Shown here: piece after piece, positions 49,808-62,771 of the stretch
Layout: each line of letters opens with the position of its first letter
Numbering within the stretch: position 1 is the first letter of the stretch
Source: Basidiobolus meristosporus CBS 931.73
Taxonomy: Eukaryota; Fungi; Basidiobolomycota
Direction: 5' to 3'
NCBI GenBank assembly: GCA_002104905.1
Contig: MCFE01000206.1
Coordinates: 1-64,000 of the forward strand
Length of the DNA: 64,000 bases
The notes under the pieces: generated by a model
Databases searched by the model: none
Told to the model about the DNA's origin: nothing
The model's input: only the letters and a program-made list of their open reading frames with translations
Translations under genes and position numbers: made by a program

Positions 49808-51102
49808 GTTTATCCAGAGTGTACGATATGCTCCATGTTTCACAAGCTTACCAGTCTCATGACTCACTGCTGTGCACATTGTTTATTTACAACCGCTCAC
49901 CATGAGCCATTGGCTATCAATGAAAAACAACCTGGATAATCATCTGATCATGGGGGATAGATATTCTAAATATGACTGTTCCGGATGAATGGGATATACT
50001 CCACGAGCCGCAGAGCCACGATGAAATTAATCGAACATAATCGACTCACGTACGACTCTCGATACACTGTGATTGCGAGCATCTCTTATCTGTTGTTATC
50101 TTGAACCGTGGCTCATTCCCTTCCAATAAGGGGACATGACATCAGGAGATGATTTGTTTGACCCCTGCCATATCCCCAAGTATATCGTAGCGCGCTATGA
50201 TTGGCTAACATTCCGGAAGAAATACCCCTTGATTCGAATGGATCATTCTTCTCCATTGCAACGTTTATATTACGAATCACTGATCTCAATATATCGGGAT
50301 GTGCCACCATTTGCAGTTCCCTTACGGGTGCTGCTCCCTACGTTTGATATCTTAATCACTTCAACAACGGTGCTTGATTAAATTAAGTCTGCGGTGGTAA
50401 TGATTGGACACAAATCAGTGACGACCAGACACTATCTTCCAATGATAATCGACAGTCTCGATAGATGAAGGCAGTTTTTTTGCCTCAACTGGTTGTTTCG
50501 AATTCTTCCCAGCTGACCGAACAACGTGATTTGCTTTCGGTTTCAATCTTTCGGCATATTCGTAGTTCCCTGAAGTTCATGCTTCATGAGCAGCATGAAC
50601 TGCGACTACTACGGGGAGTGTGAAGTGACCATGTGGTTCACACTCATATCTGTATGTCAAGTCATGCCTTTTGCATCCCGAAATTATGTCACCCTTGTTT
50701 AAGGTGACTGTAAGGGTACCATCACCGCAAGGTAATCTACTTGTTTTACAATTCAAGCTCGAGCATTCACAATTAACATCTGAATGAATTTACGGCCTCG
50801 TGAAAAAGAGATATGTGGGCCCAGTTCGCAAACCAAACGATAGGTGCGCGGGCAGGAATTTATTTCATTTGATTATTCTCCATCGATGCTACTACATACC
50901 TGCAATATTCCGACGTGTTACCTTCACCATTGCTGAGCCTTCGTACACTCCGAACATTTTATGTGGCAGTCAGGTTTATTAGCGATGACAAGTGCTGCGA
51001 AATGTACTTTATTCGACATCTGTACACTCAATGTATATACACACGTTTGAAAAATGTTACAAGTTTAAAGTCTAGAGCAAGTGATGAAAAGGTACAACCC
51101 AC

Positions 51103-51807
51103 TCAGAGTGAATCCTTCTTGTGTTTGAAAAACTCCGACGGCGAGTGGGCATTGTAAAGGCCATTCTCTTGAATAAACTTCCGCTCGTCACCACGGAGGA
51201 GCTTATGGCCTACAGGTGTGCATTTGGCAACCATGTCCTGATCAACAGTGCTAGACCGAAGTTTAGAATCGGCGTCAACGATGGAGGATGAGAGGATATC
51301 AGTGGAAAGTTTTATGCGCTTCGCGGGCTGCTCTTCGTACTGATCAACTAGTCTATTGTACAATGATTCGGTGATGTCGTAGTCACCACGGGCGGAATCA
51401 ACATTGTCGTGAGCGTCCCTCTGGTCTTCGTGTGAGTAAAAGTAGTCCTTGAGGTGTATTGGCTCGATGTCGCAGTAGCTATAAGGGCCCAAGGGCGATT
51501 TTGGCACACCGCCTATCCACTCGACTGATGAATGGGAGAGAGGGGTATTCGGATTGGACGAGCGGGAGTCCGCCGGGCATGCGGGATTCGGTACATACGG
51601 TTCAGAGTAGCCATCGGAATATTCTTCGAAAATATATGGTGAGGGTAATGAGAAGAGTGGCGGCAGTGGTCCAGGAGATGGAGGAACGTATGGAGGTGAT
51701 TGGGTGAGATCGGGCTCGGGATAATTATCATTAGAATCCAGAACTAGGTCCGGCTCACTGTCTGGAACTGCGTTGAAGGGTGAAATTACTGGACTGGGTG
51801 AATACAT
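51103..51807 (-). CDS. Hypothetical Pro/Ser/acidic low-complexity protein, 234 aa, probably nuclear
   Basis: Single long ORF with ATG and protein-like composition; NLS-like PAKRIKL. Confidence 0.7.
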   Translation of the reverse strand: MYSPSPVISPFNAVPDSEPDLVLDSNDNYPEPDLTQSPPYVPPSPGPLPPLFSLPSPYIFEEYSDGYSEPYVPNPACPADSRSSNPNTPLSHSSVEWIGGVPKSPLGPYSYCDIEPIHLKDYFYSHEDQRDAHDNVDSARGDYDITESLYNRLVDQYEEQPAKRIKLSTDILSSSIVDADSKLRSSTVDQDMVAKCTPVGHKLLRGDERKFIQENGLYNAHSPSEFFKHKKDSL

Positions 51808-54013
51808 AGGCTCGGCAATTGTCTAATATGGGAGTGGTGACCTCAGTGTATTGGTTGAAGTACAAATTAGAACGGATCCGATTGATCAAGATCAAGGTTA
51901 TTCAGGATAATAATGTCCAATGTTCAAAAGTTTAAGGAATTGTAATTTCATGTGTAGTTTAATGGCAAGGTTTGGACTGTATGGTGCACAATTCCTAATG
52001 GCCTCAATTTAGAGATATTTTTAATCTTGAACCCTTGTTGATTGGCACACCTCAATGTGACAGCAGAGATGGAGAAAGAGGGAACTAGATTCGGCAAAGT
52101 GATACGGTGAGTAGATGATGCTTCGGGTTGAGATCCATGCCGTCTTATATACCAAGTGAGATGAGTCATTTCACGTGAATGGACGAATCAAAACTGGCAC
52201 AAAGTGTTTGAATTTGTAACGAATCAGAGGCGGATAGATCCAGGGAATCCTTGCGGGAATGGATAAATTTGGGTTTTTTTTCTTTTGTCGTTCAAATTTT
52301 TCACTTCCCAAAAGGATTTTAGCTGCGAATATCTATGAGAACAGTCGCAATTTTGAGAAAAGGTAGGATTTCAGCCAATGGGAGGCTTATATATGCAGAT
52401 AGGTAACATCCCACTAGAATAGGCCTATTGTTGACAAATGATGGCGATCCCAGCACGCTGGCTTTTGATAGTAAAATAGCCCAGTTTTCACCCAATTAAA
52501 CCAAGGACGAGTTCAGATGATTTAAAGGAATTCAGAAATATGCGAGATCGTCGAGTGAGCCCCCTAATCGTGATGGTGACTTGGATCAATGAATGAATGA
52601 ATGGACCTCAATTTATGTCTAGTGATGCACTACTTCCAAGAGGGCTGATTTCAAGCGCGTCTATATTTGTTGGCTAATTTCGGAATTGCCATACAGTCGT
52701 GGATGATATTGTATGGCATTCAATGCCAGTCCACATATCAGCTTCCAATAAATTCTTGCTACGGACAACAATATAATGGTACGTGCATCCATCAGCATTA
52801 CAATTCGGAAGCAGCCAGTCTGGCTAGCCACTCGTCATTCTCGTATTTCACAATTCCAATTGAAAATGATCTGATGATCGTTGCCTATTGTTTTGATGGC
52901 TTGCCACTTTATGGGTACCACACGAGGTCAGAGAATTTCAAGGCAGAAGTGGTTTGTGAGATCAAGACACGATTAGCATTTATCTATCAGTTCCCTTGGA
53001 TGGTTCTTCTGAATGTGAAGTCGCATCAAAATAATTAGCTTTTCATATATCCTGCATACATCCTCATTAATAGCATGATTAGACCAGGAAGCTCTCAGGA
53101 AAGCCACAGATCAGCAGCCAATCGTGCAGGTCCGTTTTGGAATACCCGCCAATAGAAACCACAATGTAAAATCTACCACTACACCTTGGCAGACTTTCTG
53201 AGTTTGTCATACGATGACTAAATTTGGACTCCCTTCCATAGATTACAATCAATTTTGTCATATTCCGGTCAGCCAGACTGGAACAAAGATTCCGGGTTGT
53301 AGTATCGAGAGAATATAAAAGGGATGGTTGAGGTCGCCTAACTGACAGACTGAACCGTTTAGGTTGGTCTCTGCCTACACCTAGTCTCCGCCCTCATGTT
53401 CATTGTTGAATGGGATCCGTCCGTCTAGGAGTTTCTGAACTTTCTACTGGGGTCTATATTATTGGTTTGCCGATGGGTTTTCGCGTCGCGCGTTTCCTCC
53501 ACCTTGCATATGGCGGTTTGGATTCAATCAATGAGCCAACGTTCTTGGTTAGCATCAATGCTGGAACTTCACTTAATGGTTCAAGTAGCTCCGATTCTTT
53601 GCGAATGGGCGAAAGTTCCGTTGAAGTGAACTCCTGTTACCAATGTGTTAAAACAGAAATTTAATGGAGTCGGAGGGATTCTCGAGGATATGTTAGAGGT
53701 TGTAAAAAGGTTAAGGAGCAGTGATATTGGTGGGAATTATGAAAAAAAGATCAAGGGGAAACTATGATGGTTTCTGATTATGTCTGTCACAAACGAGAGC
53801 TCGGAAATGTTGTGCGATCAGCTGCGTCGAAACAACTTTATCACACAAAATTTTGGAGGTGGCACTATTTGTAAATACTAGAATGCACCCGGAATATCAA
53901 ATCAGGAGATGGATTTTCAGTTATTTCAACCAGTGATCTAAATCTCCAGTCTCCTTGAAATAGCACATAGTCTTCGTTTCTTCCTTAACTTTGTGGCCGA
54001 CTACCTCAACAAT

Positions 54014-57000
54014 ATGGTAAAGAAAGGGAAGGTGAAACAGAAAAAAGCTCAGAGAGCCAGTAAAACAACTGCAGGGAAAAATCGCAAACAAAGCGGTGAG
54101 TAAAACATTTAGGTGCACTAGTGATTAAAGTACTGTGTCTTGTACGGCTGGTAATCTAATTTCAATACACCCATGGAACTCACATAAACGCAAACGCAGA
54201 GCCTTCTGCCGAACCGATATTCAGCGACGTTGAAGATGCCAGTAGTGAAGATGAGACTACCAACAAACCTGCTAGGTGTCCTCATCTCAAATGCATCAAA
54301 TTGCCGAAGATCAAGAAAACTCTTCCCCATCTAGAGCCTGGCGACTGCTATGTATGATCGACCTACTTTCTTATTTTGGTATTTACTTGTGTGTTGAATT
54401 TCGCCTTTATTGCAGATTTGTAAAAAAGAAACCACGCTCGATTCAGAGATTGCCACCACTGAAGACAAGGACAAAAAACAATTTTTGTGCTTGACTTGTT
54501 GTAAAATCACTTGTTCTAATGAAGACAACGATCATGCACACGAGCACTTCGAAATGACAAACAAAGGTGACTCCTTGGCTATCAATCTCAAATCTCTCGA
54601 GTGCTGGTACTTTTATATTGGTGTTGGATCATTCTTGATTGGCGACTAAAGAATAATCATTTTGTTCAGGTGCTTTCGATGCGAGGGTGAAATCGCTCCT
54701 TCCAGCAAAAATCAAGTCATTTTCGATGTCCGCACATTAGTGGAAAAGCATTTAGGAACAAAGGCCTCTAAAGCTGGTACGTGTTCAGGAGTTCTTCAAC
54801 AAAAATACGCGTGCTTATTCAACTTTGCGTTGTAGAGAAATCAGTATCCGAGCCGAAGTTATCCAGCAAACAGAAAATTCGCATAGTTGCTCCTGGCCTT
54901 CAAAACCTAGGAAATACATGCTTTTTCAACTCTTTGATGCAGGTGGGGCTTACTTTGTGTTTTGTGCTTGTAAATTATAATTAAGCTATTTCTCCAGTCA
55001 ATATCGGCAACCAAGTATTTGCAAGACTTGTGGATGATGCCACTGGAGGATTTAAAGAAGGTCCCACATACCTTCGGGCCACTAAATACATCAATGAGAG
55101 GCATGCTTACATCTATGTGGACTCAAAAAGGGAGCGTTGTCAAACCAGTGGAGTTCTTTTCTATGATTGCTAAGAAGTGGAAGCAATTCAAGGGCTTCCA
55201 TCAACAAGATAGCCATGAGTTAATGAGATATCTATTTGACGGGCTTCGAGAGGAGCAGATAAAGGTAATGGCATTCTCTTTAGACTTTTTGTTGGCCATT
55301 ATTAATCATGTACTATTGCTTAGTCTACACGAAGAGGTATCATTCAACCGCTTCAGCCATTTCTCTTCAGCAACACTGGATACTGACAGAGAGCTGTTTA
55401 TTAGAAGGCGACCAGGGCACAGAAACCAAGAGTGTGTCTATTATTGACGACTGTTTTGGCGGGAAGCTCGTCAGTCTCATCGTGTGTGATACTTGTAAAA
55501 GTGTAAGGAAAGAAATGTAGGTTTATGTATCTTTCATTTGTGCTTATATCTGGATGTAGGTTTCATACTCGTACGAGGATTTCCTAGACTTGTCTCTCCC
55601 AATTGATATTGACATCCAAGAGGTAATACCGTCCTACCATTGTTATGATTCCCTGTATCAACTTACCAACCTCGAAAATGAAGCCTGTTGACAAGAAATC
55701 AAGAAAGGAGAAGGTATTTAAGATAGTTTCTATGGTCTAGTTACCATCCTTCATGTCATCAAGTTACAATGGTGTTCACCATCCTTCATGCTTTCAAGAG
55801 ATCAAGAAAAGTACCTAAAACGAACGCGGACGACAAGGGTGAAGAAGAAATCGAAGAAGCAAAGAGGGAAAGTGAGGAGTCCTCAAATGCTGCTATACCC
55901 ACCCCTTCCGCTGAGTATCTTGCCTTCGCTAGTTCACTTTTGAGTGATCGCTGTGCGGACATGAAGATTGAGAAATTCTCTCTGGAGAACTGTATCAACA
56001 AATTCACCGCAGTTGAGGAGCTATCTGGCGAGAACTCTTATACCTGTGAATCCTGCTATAAGTACATGCATCCAGAATCGGAGGCAGATTCAGACAGCTC
56101 AGCGTCGCCAAGTGTTACAGAAGAAGCATTCTTACACAGCCCAGGTTCGCCAAACTCTATAACGTCGGATCAAGAAGATGAGTGCAGCCTTGAGAACCCT
56201 TTGCCAGTAGAGGATAAAGCGACTGCAGAGAACTCAGACCTCGCTGAGTTAGAGTTGGATAATCGAAGCTCGCAGCCCGAATCCGAGTTATTGGATCTCA
56301 AGGATATGTCACTCAATGAAAGCAGTGAGTCTATGATGGAAATGGATTTATTTGCTTCAAGCGAGACCGATGGTAACTCTGATAACGAGGCCTCCCCTCC
56401 AGTCGACGCTTTTGGCAATTATATTGAAAAACCAGTAACCGTTGCTCCTCAGAAACCCAAGAAGCAGACATATGTTCTTCGTAAGGCATTTAGACGTTAT
56501 CTAATACACACTGCTCCAACCGTATTGGTCTGCCATCTCAAGCGGTTCCAGCAATATGGATATTCCTTGTTCCGCGCTAGTACACGCAAAATAGACGATT
56601 ATGTACAATTTCCCACCGAAATCGACATTTCGACCTTCATGGCACCCCGAACTTGTTTCCCAGAGGGTAAATCTCCAATTCTTTCCCAGAATCAGGAGTT
56701 GATTATCGCAAACTTCAACGAAAAACAACCACAAATCATGTATTCCTTGTACGCGGTCGTGGTGCATATGGGGGGTCTTTCCGGTGGGCATTATGTAGCA
56801 TATGTGTTGACCGACAGATACGAAGACCCCATTTCCTCTGAGGCCAGCCAAGATGATTCTGAAGAGCCTAAAGAAACCCCCACCACGAAGCCAGCTGAAA
56901 AGAGGTGGATTTATTGCAGTGATACCCAAGTTAGACCTGCCCCGCTTGAAGAAGTCCTCAGATGCCAAGCATATCTCTTGTTTTATGAAAAGTATACTCC

Positions 57001-57022
57001 AGCTGAATCTGATACTTGCTGA
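54014..57022 (+). CDS. Ubiquitin C-terminal hydrolase, USP16/USP45 family (ZnF-UBP + USP domain), multi-exon
   Basis: Starts MVKKGK at 54014. Spliced ZnF-UBP (RCPH...CLTC...C...HAHEHF...ECWCFRC), Cys box GLQNLGNTCFFNSLMQ, QQDSHELMRYL, EDFLDLSLPI, HLKRF, His box VVHMGGLSGGHYVAYV, AYLLFY. GT-AG introns of roughly 60-130 nt; one junction near 55.6-55.8 kb is ambiguous. Confidence 0.93.
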
Positions 57023-57746
57023 AAGCGGTATTGAATTACTTTTGTGTCTCCACAATCTGTACCCTCTTGAATAGATTGGTTATTTTTAGAGCGATTAAGG
57101 GAGCTTAATACATTACGATATTCAGAAATAGGTGTCCTATACAAATATACTGTAATTACATCCACGACGAACAGTTTTTCGTAAGGTAGCCGACTGTCCA
57201 GTACGATGATACTAGTTACAGTCGGCATTAAAAGTCGGTGGAATGGGTGGTTTTTCCAAGTGGATTTCAGAATCATATCTGCTTATCTTCAAATCCATCG
57301 ATCTTGCTATCACGACGCTAGTGTAAATGCGTGCTACTGATGCGCACTGGGAAGCGTGAAATATTCTTGGGTGGATGATACAGTTTATTGTCTGGAAGAT
57401 CGACATAATGAATGCTAAAGTACCTCCAGGCCAGTCGATACCTTGGGTTTGCATTACAAGGTAACCTCGATTCATACAAGTTTTGGTAAATGAACTGCTA
57501 GAGGAGCCGCGGCAGCACTGCCAGTTATTCATGGTGAATTTGATGGATATTGACTGTAAATCATCCATCCATACACCGTGTGAACTTCGTGTTATCTGTA
57601 GGTTTAGCTTACAACTCGGTGTAAATTTCAATGAATGTGTATGTTGATATGGCTACCTGAGGAAATAATGGTCTAAAATTTTTGAATCTAAATATGAGCC
57701 GGAGGTGTGGAAGAATCCTATCTAAGCCTCAACACCTCAGTCGAAA

Positions 57747-58654
57747 ATGGGGCAAAGTTTCAACCCTCAAGGTATAATAAACGCATTCAAGGTGCTCGTC
57801 AGGCCGAAACTGATTGTACCACACTCTGTTGTCAAGGGTAGGTCGTAAAGGCTTCTTCTTTGCACCAATACTAAGTTGAAGTATAGACATTCGCGACATC
57901 AATTATTTGAAGCTTAAAGAGGGAGGAATAAAAACAATAGCCTTTGACAAAGATAACTGCCTAACTGCACCTTACGCTAATCAGTTACACGCTCCATTCA
58001 AGGTATCTCTTTATGAAGTATTTGGTTATTTCTGAATGACTCTTTACCTTCCACAATGTAGGAAAGCTGGACTGAATGTAAAAGAGTTTTTGGTGAAAAC
58101 ATCGTGATAGTTTCTAACTCAGCTGGAACAAACGATGATGCTCAGTACAAAAAGGTTTGTTATTCATATGTTCTCTACATGTTTCGTATATTAAGATATT
58201 ACGGGTTTTCAGGCGATAGAAATAGAATCAAATCTAGGTATTGCTTCCAAGTGACCAACTTGAAGGGAGTGCCTATCGATATTCATCGTTGTAATATAGG
58301 AGTAAAAGTGCTACGTAGAGAAGAGAAGAAGCCAGGCGGCGGGGGGGCTTTGCTCAAGTACTGTCAGACTACCGATCCCACCACCATCGCCTTTGTAGGT
58401 GATCGATTGCTAACTGATGTGCTGTTTGGCAATCTCAACGGAATGTATACTATTTTTACTAAGCAAATAGTGACAGAGCAGGGAGACAACCCAATTGCCC
58501 TCAAGGTACTTTCAACCAATATTAAGAATCCATCAGACTTTTTATTAAGGTGCGTTGATAGCTTCGTAGGATGGAACACCGTGTATTGGAGTGGCTTCAA
58601 GCAAGAAGCGTGAAGCCTCCTTTTCATCCATTGATGAAATCCAAAGAGGAATAA
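57747..58654 (+). CDS. GEP4: Mitochondrial phosphatidylglycerophosphatase (HAD IIIA, Gep4 family), multi-exon
   Basis: MGQSFN start, FDKDNCLTAPY, IVSNSAGT, KKP and VGDRLLTDV motifs; last exon LRRMEHRVLEWL...KEE*. Confidence 0.92.
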
Positions 58655-59085
58655 AGCAGATAAATCCGATAGGAATATCACAATAATTAATGTTGACCAC
58701 ACAACGTATACGATCGCATGTCAGCCTGCTTGAAGACAAGTTGCGCACAGAATCATCAATGGAAACTTTGTAGTTGAATATACCAGTTTGAATATTTGTG
58801 GCAAATAAATATTGCCTACTTGATTATTGTAAATGATAAATCCAGCTTGACTAGTCTAATGAAATGCTAAGATCAACTACCACACTCCTTACGTGATTGA
58901 TCCGCCACATCTGAATGGTGCATTTTACTATGATTAATCATTTCTAAACTATACAATGTCATTTAGTACATATTGCATGGAATTCCAGCGACAGCCCAAC
59001 TTATTTGAGGTATCCAATGATATCCAACCAACATACTAGATTTATAGAGCAGAATGGTTGACATGAGCTTTACTTGACTGATAAC

Positions 59086-59301
59086 ATGGCCGCTTCTAAT
59101 AATAGCACGATTGCTGAAGCTTTAGCCCTTCAAAATGAGCTTAAAGAATTAGAGAATCTTGATCTCGGCTCGCTCCTCAAGGATATGAACGATGCCGACA
59201 CAGCTTTGACCGATTTAGATAGAAAAGTGGATACTCTGAACTCAAAGATCCAAGAGCTTCTCCGGAGAGCTGAGGAGGAAAAACAGCAAAGAGAACAATA
59301 G
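59086..59301 (+). CDS. 71-aa coiled-coil protein, possibly UPF0184/bublin-like
   Basis: AACATGG context; heptad pattern ...LTDLDRKVDTLNSKIQELL, resembling the L..L..K.D.L...LQELL pattern of UPF0184 proteins. Confidence 0.7.
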   Translation: MAASNNSTIAEALALQNELKELENLDLGSLLKDMNDADTALTDLDRKVDTLNSKIQELLRRAEEEKQQREQ

Positions 59302-60134
59302 AAGTGGTGAGATGCCGAAGTTCTCGTAAGCCTTCCATTTCTTTAAGGCCGAACCTGTACTTATTTGGCACAACCCTTTTGTTACCGACGTAAAATCACA
59401 CTTTACAGATTGCTTCCACCCGATGTATACCAGTCCAAATAAAACCTTGTTTCTCTCACGTTCCGCACACCTCGTTACTCAAACCAAGTAACCTACTTTC
59501 AACTACGGCAACAAAAGCAGTATGGCGGCGAGACATTCGGAGTGAATATATATATATGTATGTGTTTGGCCAAGCGGACTCCAATAAGCGGGTACTTTGG
59601 CCTTTGTATTCAGGGTGTACAGGCTGCCTCAGTCCAATTTAAACGTTGTGAAAGTGAAACTTCGCATATCTATCAGTGGTTGACGGCAGTGGGCTTAGAG
59701 AATAGCTCACTAGTCTACTGGTTTCTTCAATACTAATATACCTGTACTAGTATTGGTCCTATGGGGCACTTACAAATCTCAGGTGCAAATGGTGATCTTG
59801 CAGATTAAAATTTTCTGTAATTGTCAATAGGCGCTTAATTCTCTTGTGCTACGAGCTTGCCTCCCCCAATGGCTGCTCCGTGATTGTACGCCAATGTGTT
59901 AAAGCCTCCAACCAACATCAAATCTAATCGAAGTATTACTGGTTTATTGGTTGGGGTAGTATTCTATGAAGGATTCATCAATTGCGATCACTCAGGGCGC
60001 TGATGGTTAATCTATATCACTGTCATAGAGGGCAAAACCATATGCTGTCTAAATCTTGATGAAGGGATGTAGGCACGTGATCAGCCTTGGGGAGCCGCCA
60101 GATTACTGATTCAGATAGTCGGTCAGGAGCCAGC

Positions 60135-61392
60135 TCACTGCTCCAGCGACTGTGGCGAGAGATAGTTGAATAGCTTCATCACCTGTTCATACACTGTGAA
60201 CACAATGCCACCAGAAAACTAGTAATACAACATGGTTCAGTCAAGAAATACAAGTGGTGTTAACGAGAAGAATATTTACCACAAGTCTGGAAAGGCGTGG
60301 CGTGGCTCCCTTCCACAGAGCGAATACGCCCTCATCTCTGAATACTACCCACATGCAATGTAGGGTATTCTTATAGAGCTGCCTGGCATGAATACTTTGC
60401 ATCTTGGTTTTGACTACGTCAAAAGGCATCGTGCTATATACGGTGACGGTTCCTGCAATCATACCCATGCCGAATGTGGTAGCCCAATGGATCTGTTGGC
60501 CAGGTTTGGTTCTTTTTTGCATCTCCTGCTTCAAGAAATTGTACACGGTGAAACGAACTGCTTGATTGGCACCTTGTCTAAGCATAACTGCAGTAAGGCC
60601 GCGGTAAATTCCCAGGATTCCCTCCTCCTTAATGATTTGAGAAGTTCCTAGAGTTCCAATCAAGTCAATACGTGACATACAGGGCCTATCCCAACATCAC
60701 CATACCATGGACCAATCCTTTGTAGCGGGGGTGACTAGTGTTTTGATCCTGAATAAGCTTTGTCCTATATCAATATATTAGCTCTTCGCCATTCAATCCA
60801 GAGTACAATTAAATACCAACTTGATTGTTTCCGTTGGAGTTACTACCAGTATAGCTTCGGACATTCCAGCCCCTAAGCCAGCTATTGCATCAATGGAGTG
60901 TTAGCAGCAATACCAATGCTTACAGCAAGCGTGGTAGATACAAACCAAGTAACGAGCGTGGCGCACTCAATTGCCCCTTCTCATCGGCAAGAAGATTTTT
61001 AAAGTAGTTAAAGCTATAGAATCTGATGGCGGCTTTGGAGGAATTCCCGATCAACATTGCCGAAAGACCTCGATAGAGAGAGAAAAACCCTTGGTTCTTC
61101 ACGGTGCTCATCAAACAGTCGAGAGGACCTTTGAAATGCTGAGGGAGCAATTTAGGGCTGAGTTATGGAGGCTGGATAACAGAGTTGCGTTACCGTAGCT
61201 GAAGTAGCGGATTTACCCTGAAGCTGAATCTGCGTCTTCACATACTCTGTGGGATACGTAGCAGCAGCTTCTATCGCTCCAGCAACACCGCCAGCTACCA
61301 AGGAAAACAAAGGCTTATCTTTCTAGCTCTATGTATTAGCATTTGAACGGAGAGGATTCAAGGAAACTGGCTACCTTTGTTTGAGTGGACAT
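60135..61392 (-). CDS. CTP1: Mitochondrial citrate/tricarboxylate carrier (SLC25A1/Ctp1), multi-exon
   Basis: Spliced MSTQTK|KDKPLFSLVAGGVAGAIEAAATYPTEYVKTQIQLQ, IGNSSKAAIRF, RQGANQAVRF, MPFDVVKTKMQS, WKGATPRLSRL and GGIVFTVYEQV; PX(D/E)XXK carrier signatures visible in repeats 1 and 3. Confidence 0.95.
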
Positions 61393-62771
61393 TGCAGGAA
61401 TGGAATTTGAGAAATCTAACTGGAGCTAAGCCAAAGATACTCGACTCCAGGAACAGGTGGACAATATTTATCGCATTAAAGTATCCATTCTTCCAGCGAT
61501 AATCGGCCATATCTATAATACGATCGTACCAACTCTGTATTTCCACTTTAGTCAATAGGAGCATTTTTAGAAAAGAAATCTGAATACCTGTCACATGTAT
61601 TGGCTCAGGCTATAAATCGCTACCTTTCAAGGACGGGCATTCACAGTGAGTCATAAAGAATGTACATACTGTCATAGATCATGCAATCCCCATAGAAATG
61701 ACAAGTGGCACTGCCCCTAACAATGTTGATCGGTTTATGGGCTTTATTGCTAGGGTTGATTTCGGTAGGTTCTGCTTGGGGGATAGTTTATTCAAACTGG
61801 TGAAGGTGTATACATTTGCAGGGTTGTAAATAAATCCATGGTGATATTCCGAAAAGGGACTGTAGATTTCGCTCTTATCTGCGGGTACAGGGGCCGGCTT
61901 GTTCAACTAAGAGGGGCACTTGGATAGGCTGCTGATGGCGTTATCTTGGAGGGGAGGTCGGGCCAGCTTTCCAGTATATAATTTGTAGTGTGATTGATTG
62001 TTTATTGGTGGGTATATACCACTAGCAGATTTCAGACTTCAGACATCGCCTTGCATGCGAAACGCCTGGGAAAACAAGCCAAGAGCATATTCTGCTAATC
62101 AAAGTCAACAAATATCTGGCGGAAACCACGCCTCGGTGCTCAGCATAGATTGATGGTTGGCCAGACACCGAGTTCATGCCCATTACGGCAGGCTTAAAGC
62201 CACCAAGATCTTCTAAAACCAGGAGTAGTGTGGAGATTTTGGATGTGGAGCAATCTCGAGGTGAAGAGAGAAACGCTTTGTCGTGTGGTTGCTTTCCAGG
62301 AAACTCGCGCGTCTTTGATTAAGGCATCTGGAGGGAGATATGCATATGGTCCAAATGTGCCTGCTGGTTGGCAACAACACTAAGCGTTTCTCTTCCCTCG
62401 ACATCAAGCAAGTCACAATGTTTGTTTAGAAAGGAACAGCTTTGTGCTTGTGGCCAATGGGATGTTGGGTGCAGGATCACTTGTATGGCAGTCGATTATC
62501 AATAAAAAAAAGGATCAAGTGAAAATTGAACGAGCTTTGAGTGATGGAAAAATGTGGGGATTGCATACCATGAAATATTATAGGATACGATCCAATAAGG
62601 TTTACCAATTTATTTGATATTTGTAGAAATTGTTTTTGCTTCCAGTAACGAATTACAATTCAATTTATCTAGAAAGGATTGGCTAGCCAAGTGTGATTGA
62701 AGTATTTCATGTATATTCCTCCTGGTAGGAAAATCTAGTTAGCAGCTCTGTCTCTTATTTCTTTCGTTGAT

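Noticed and set aside
52667-53038. 123-codon frame with AYCFDGLPLYG, resembling the DGFPIYG motif of YHYH-domain proteins
   Set aside because: The YHYH motif itself is absent, there is no good ATG start, and a GTACGT donor-like site lies in the middle; likely chance.
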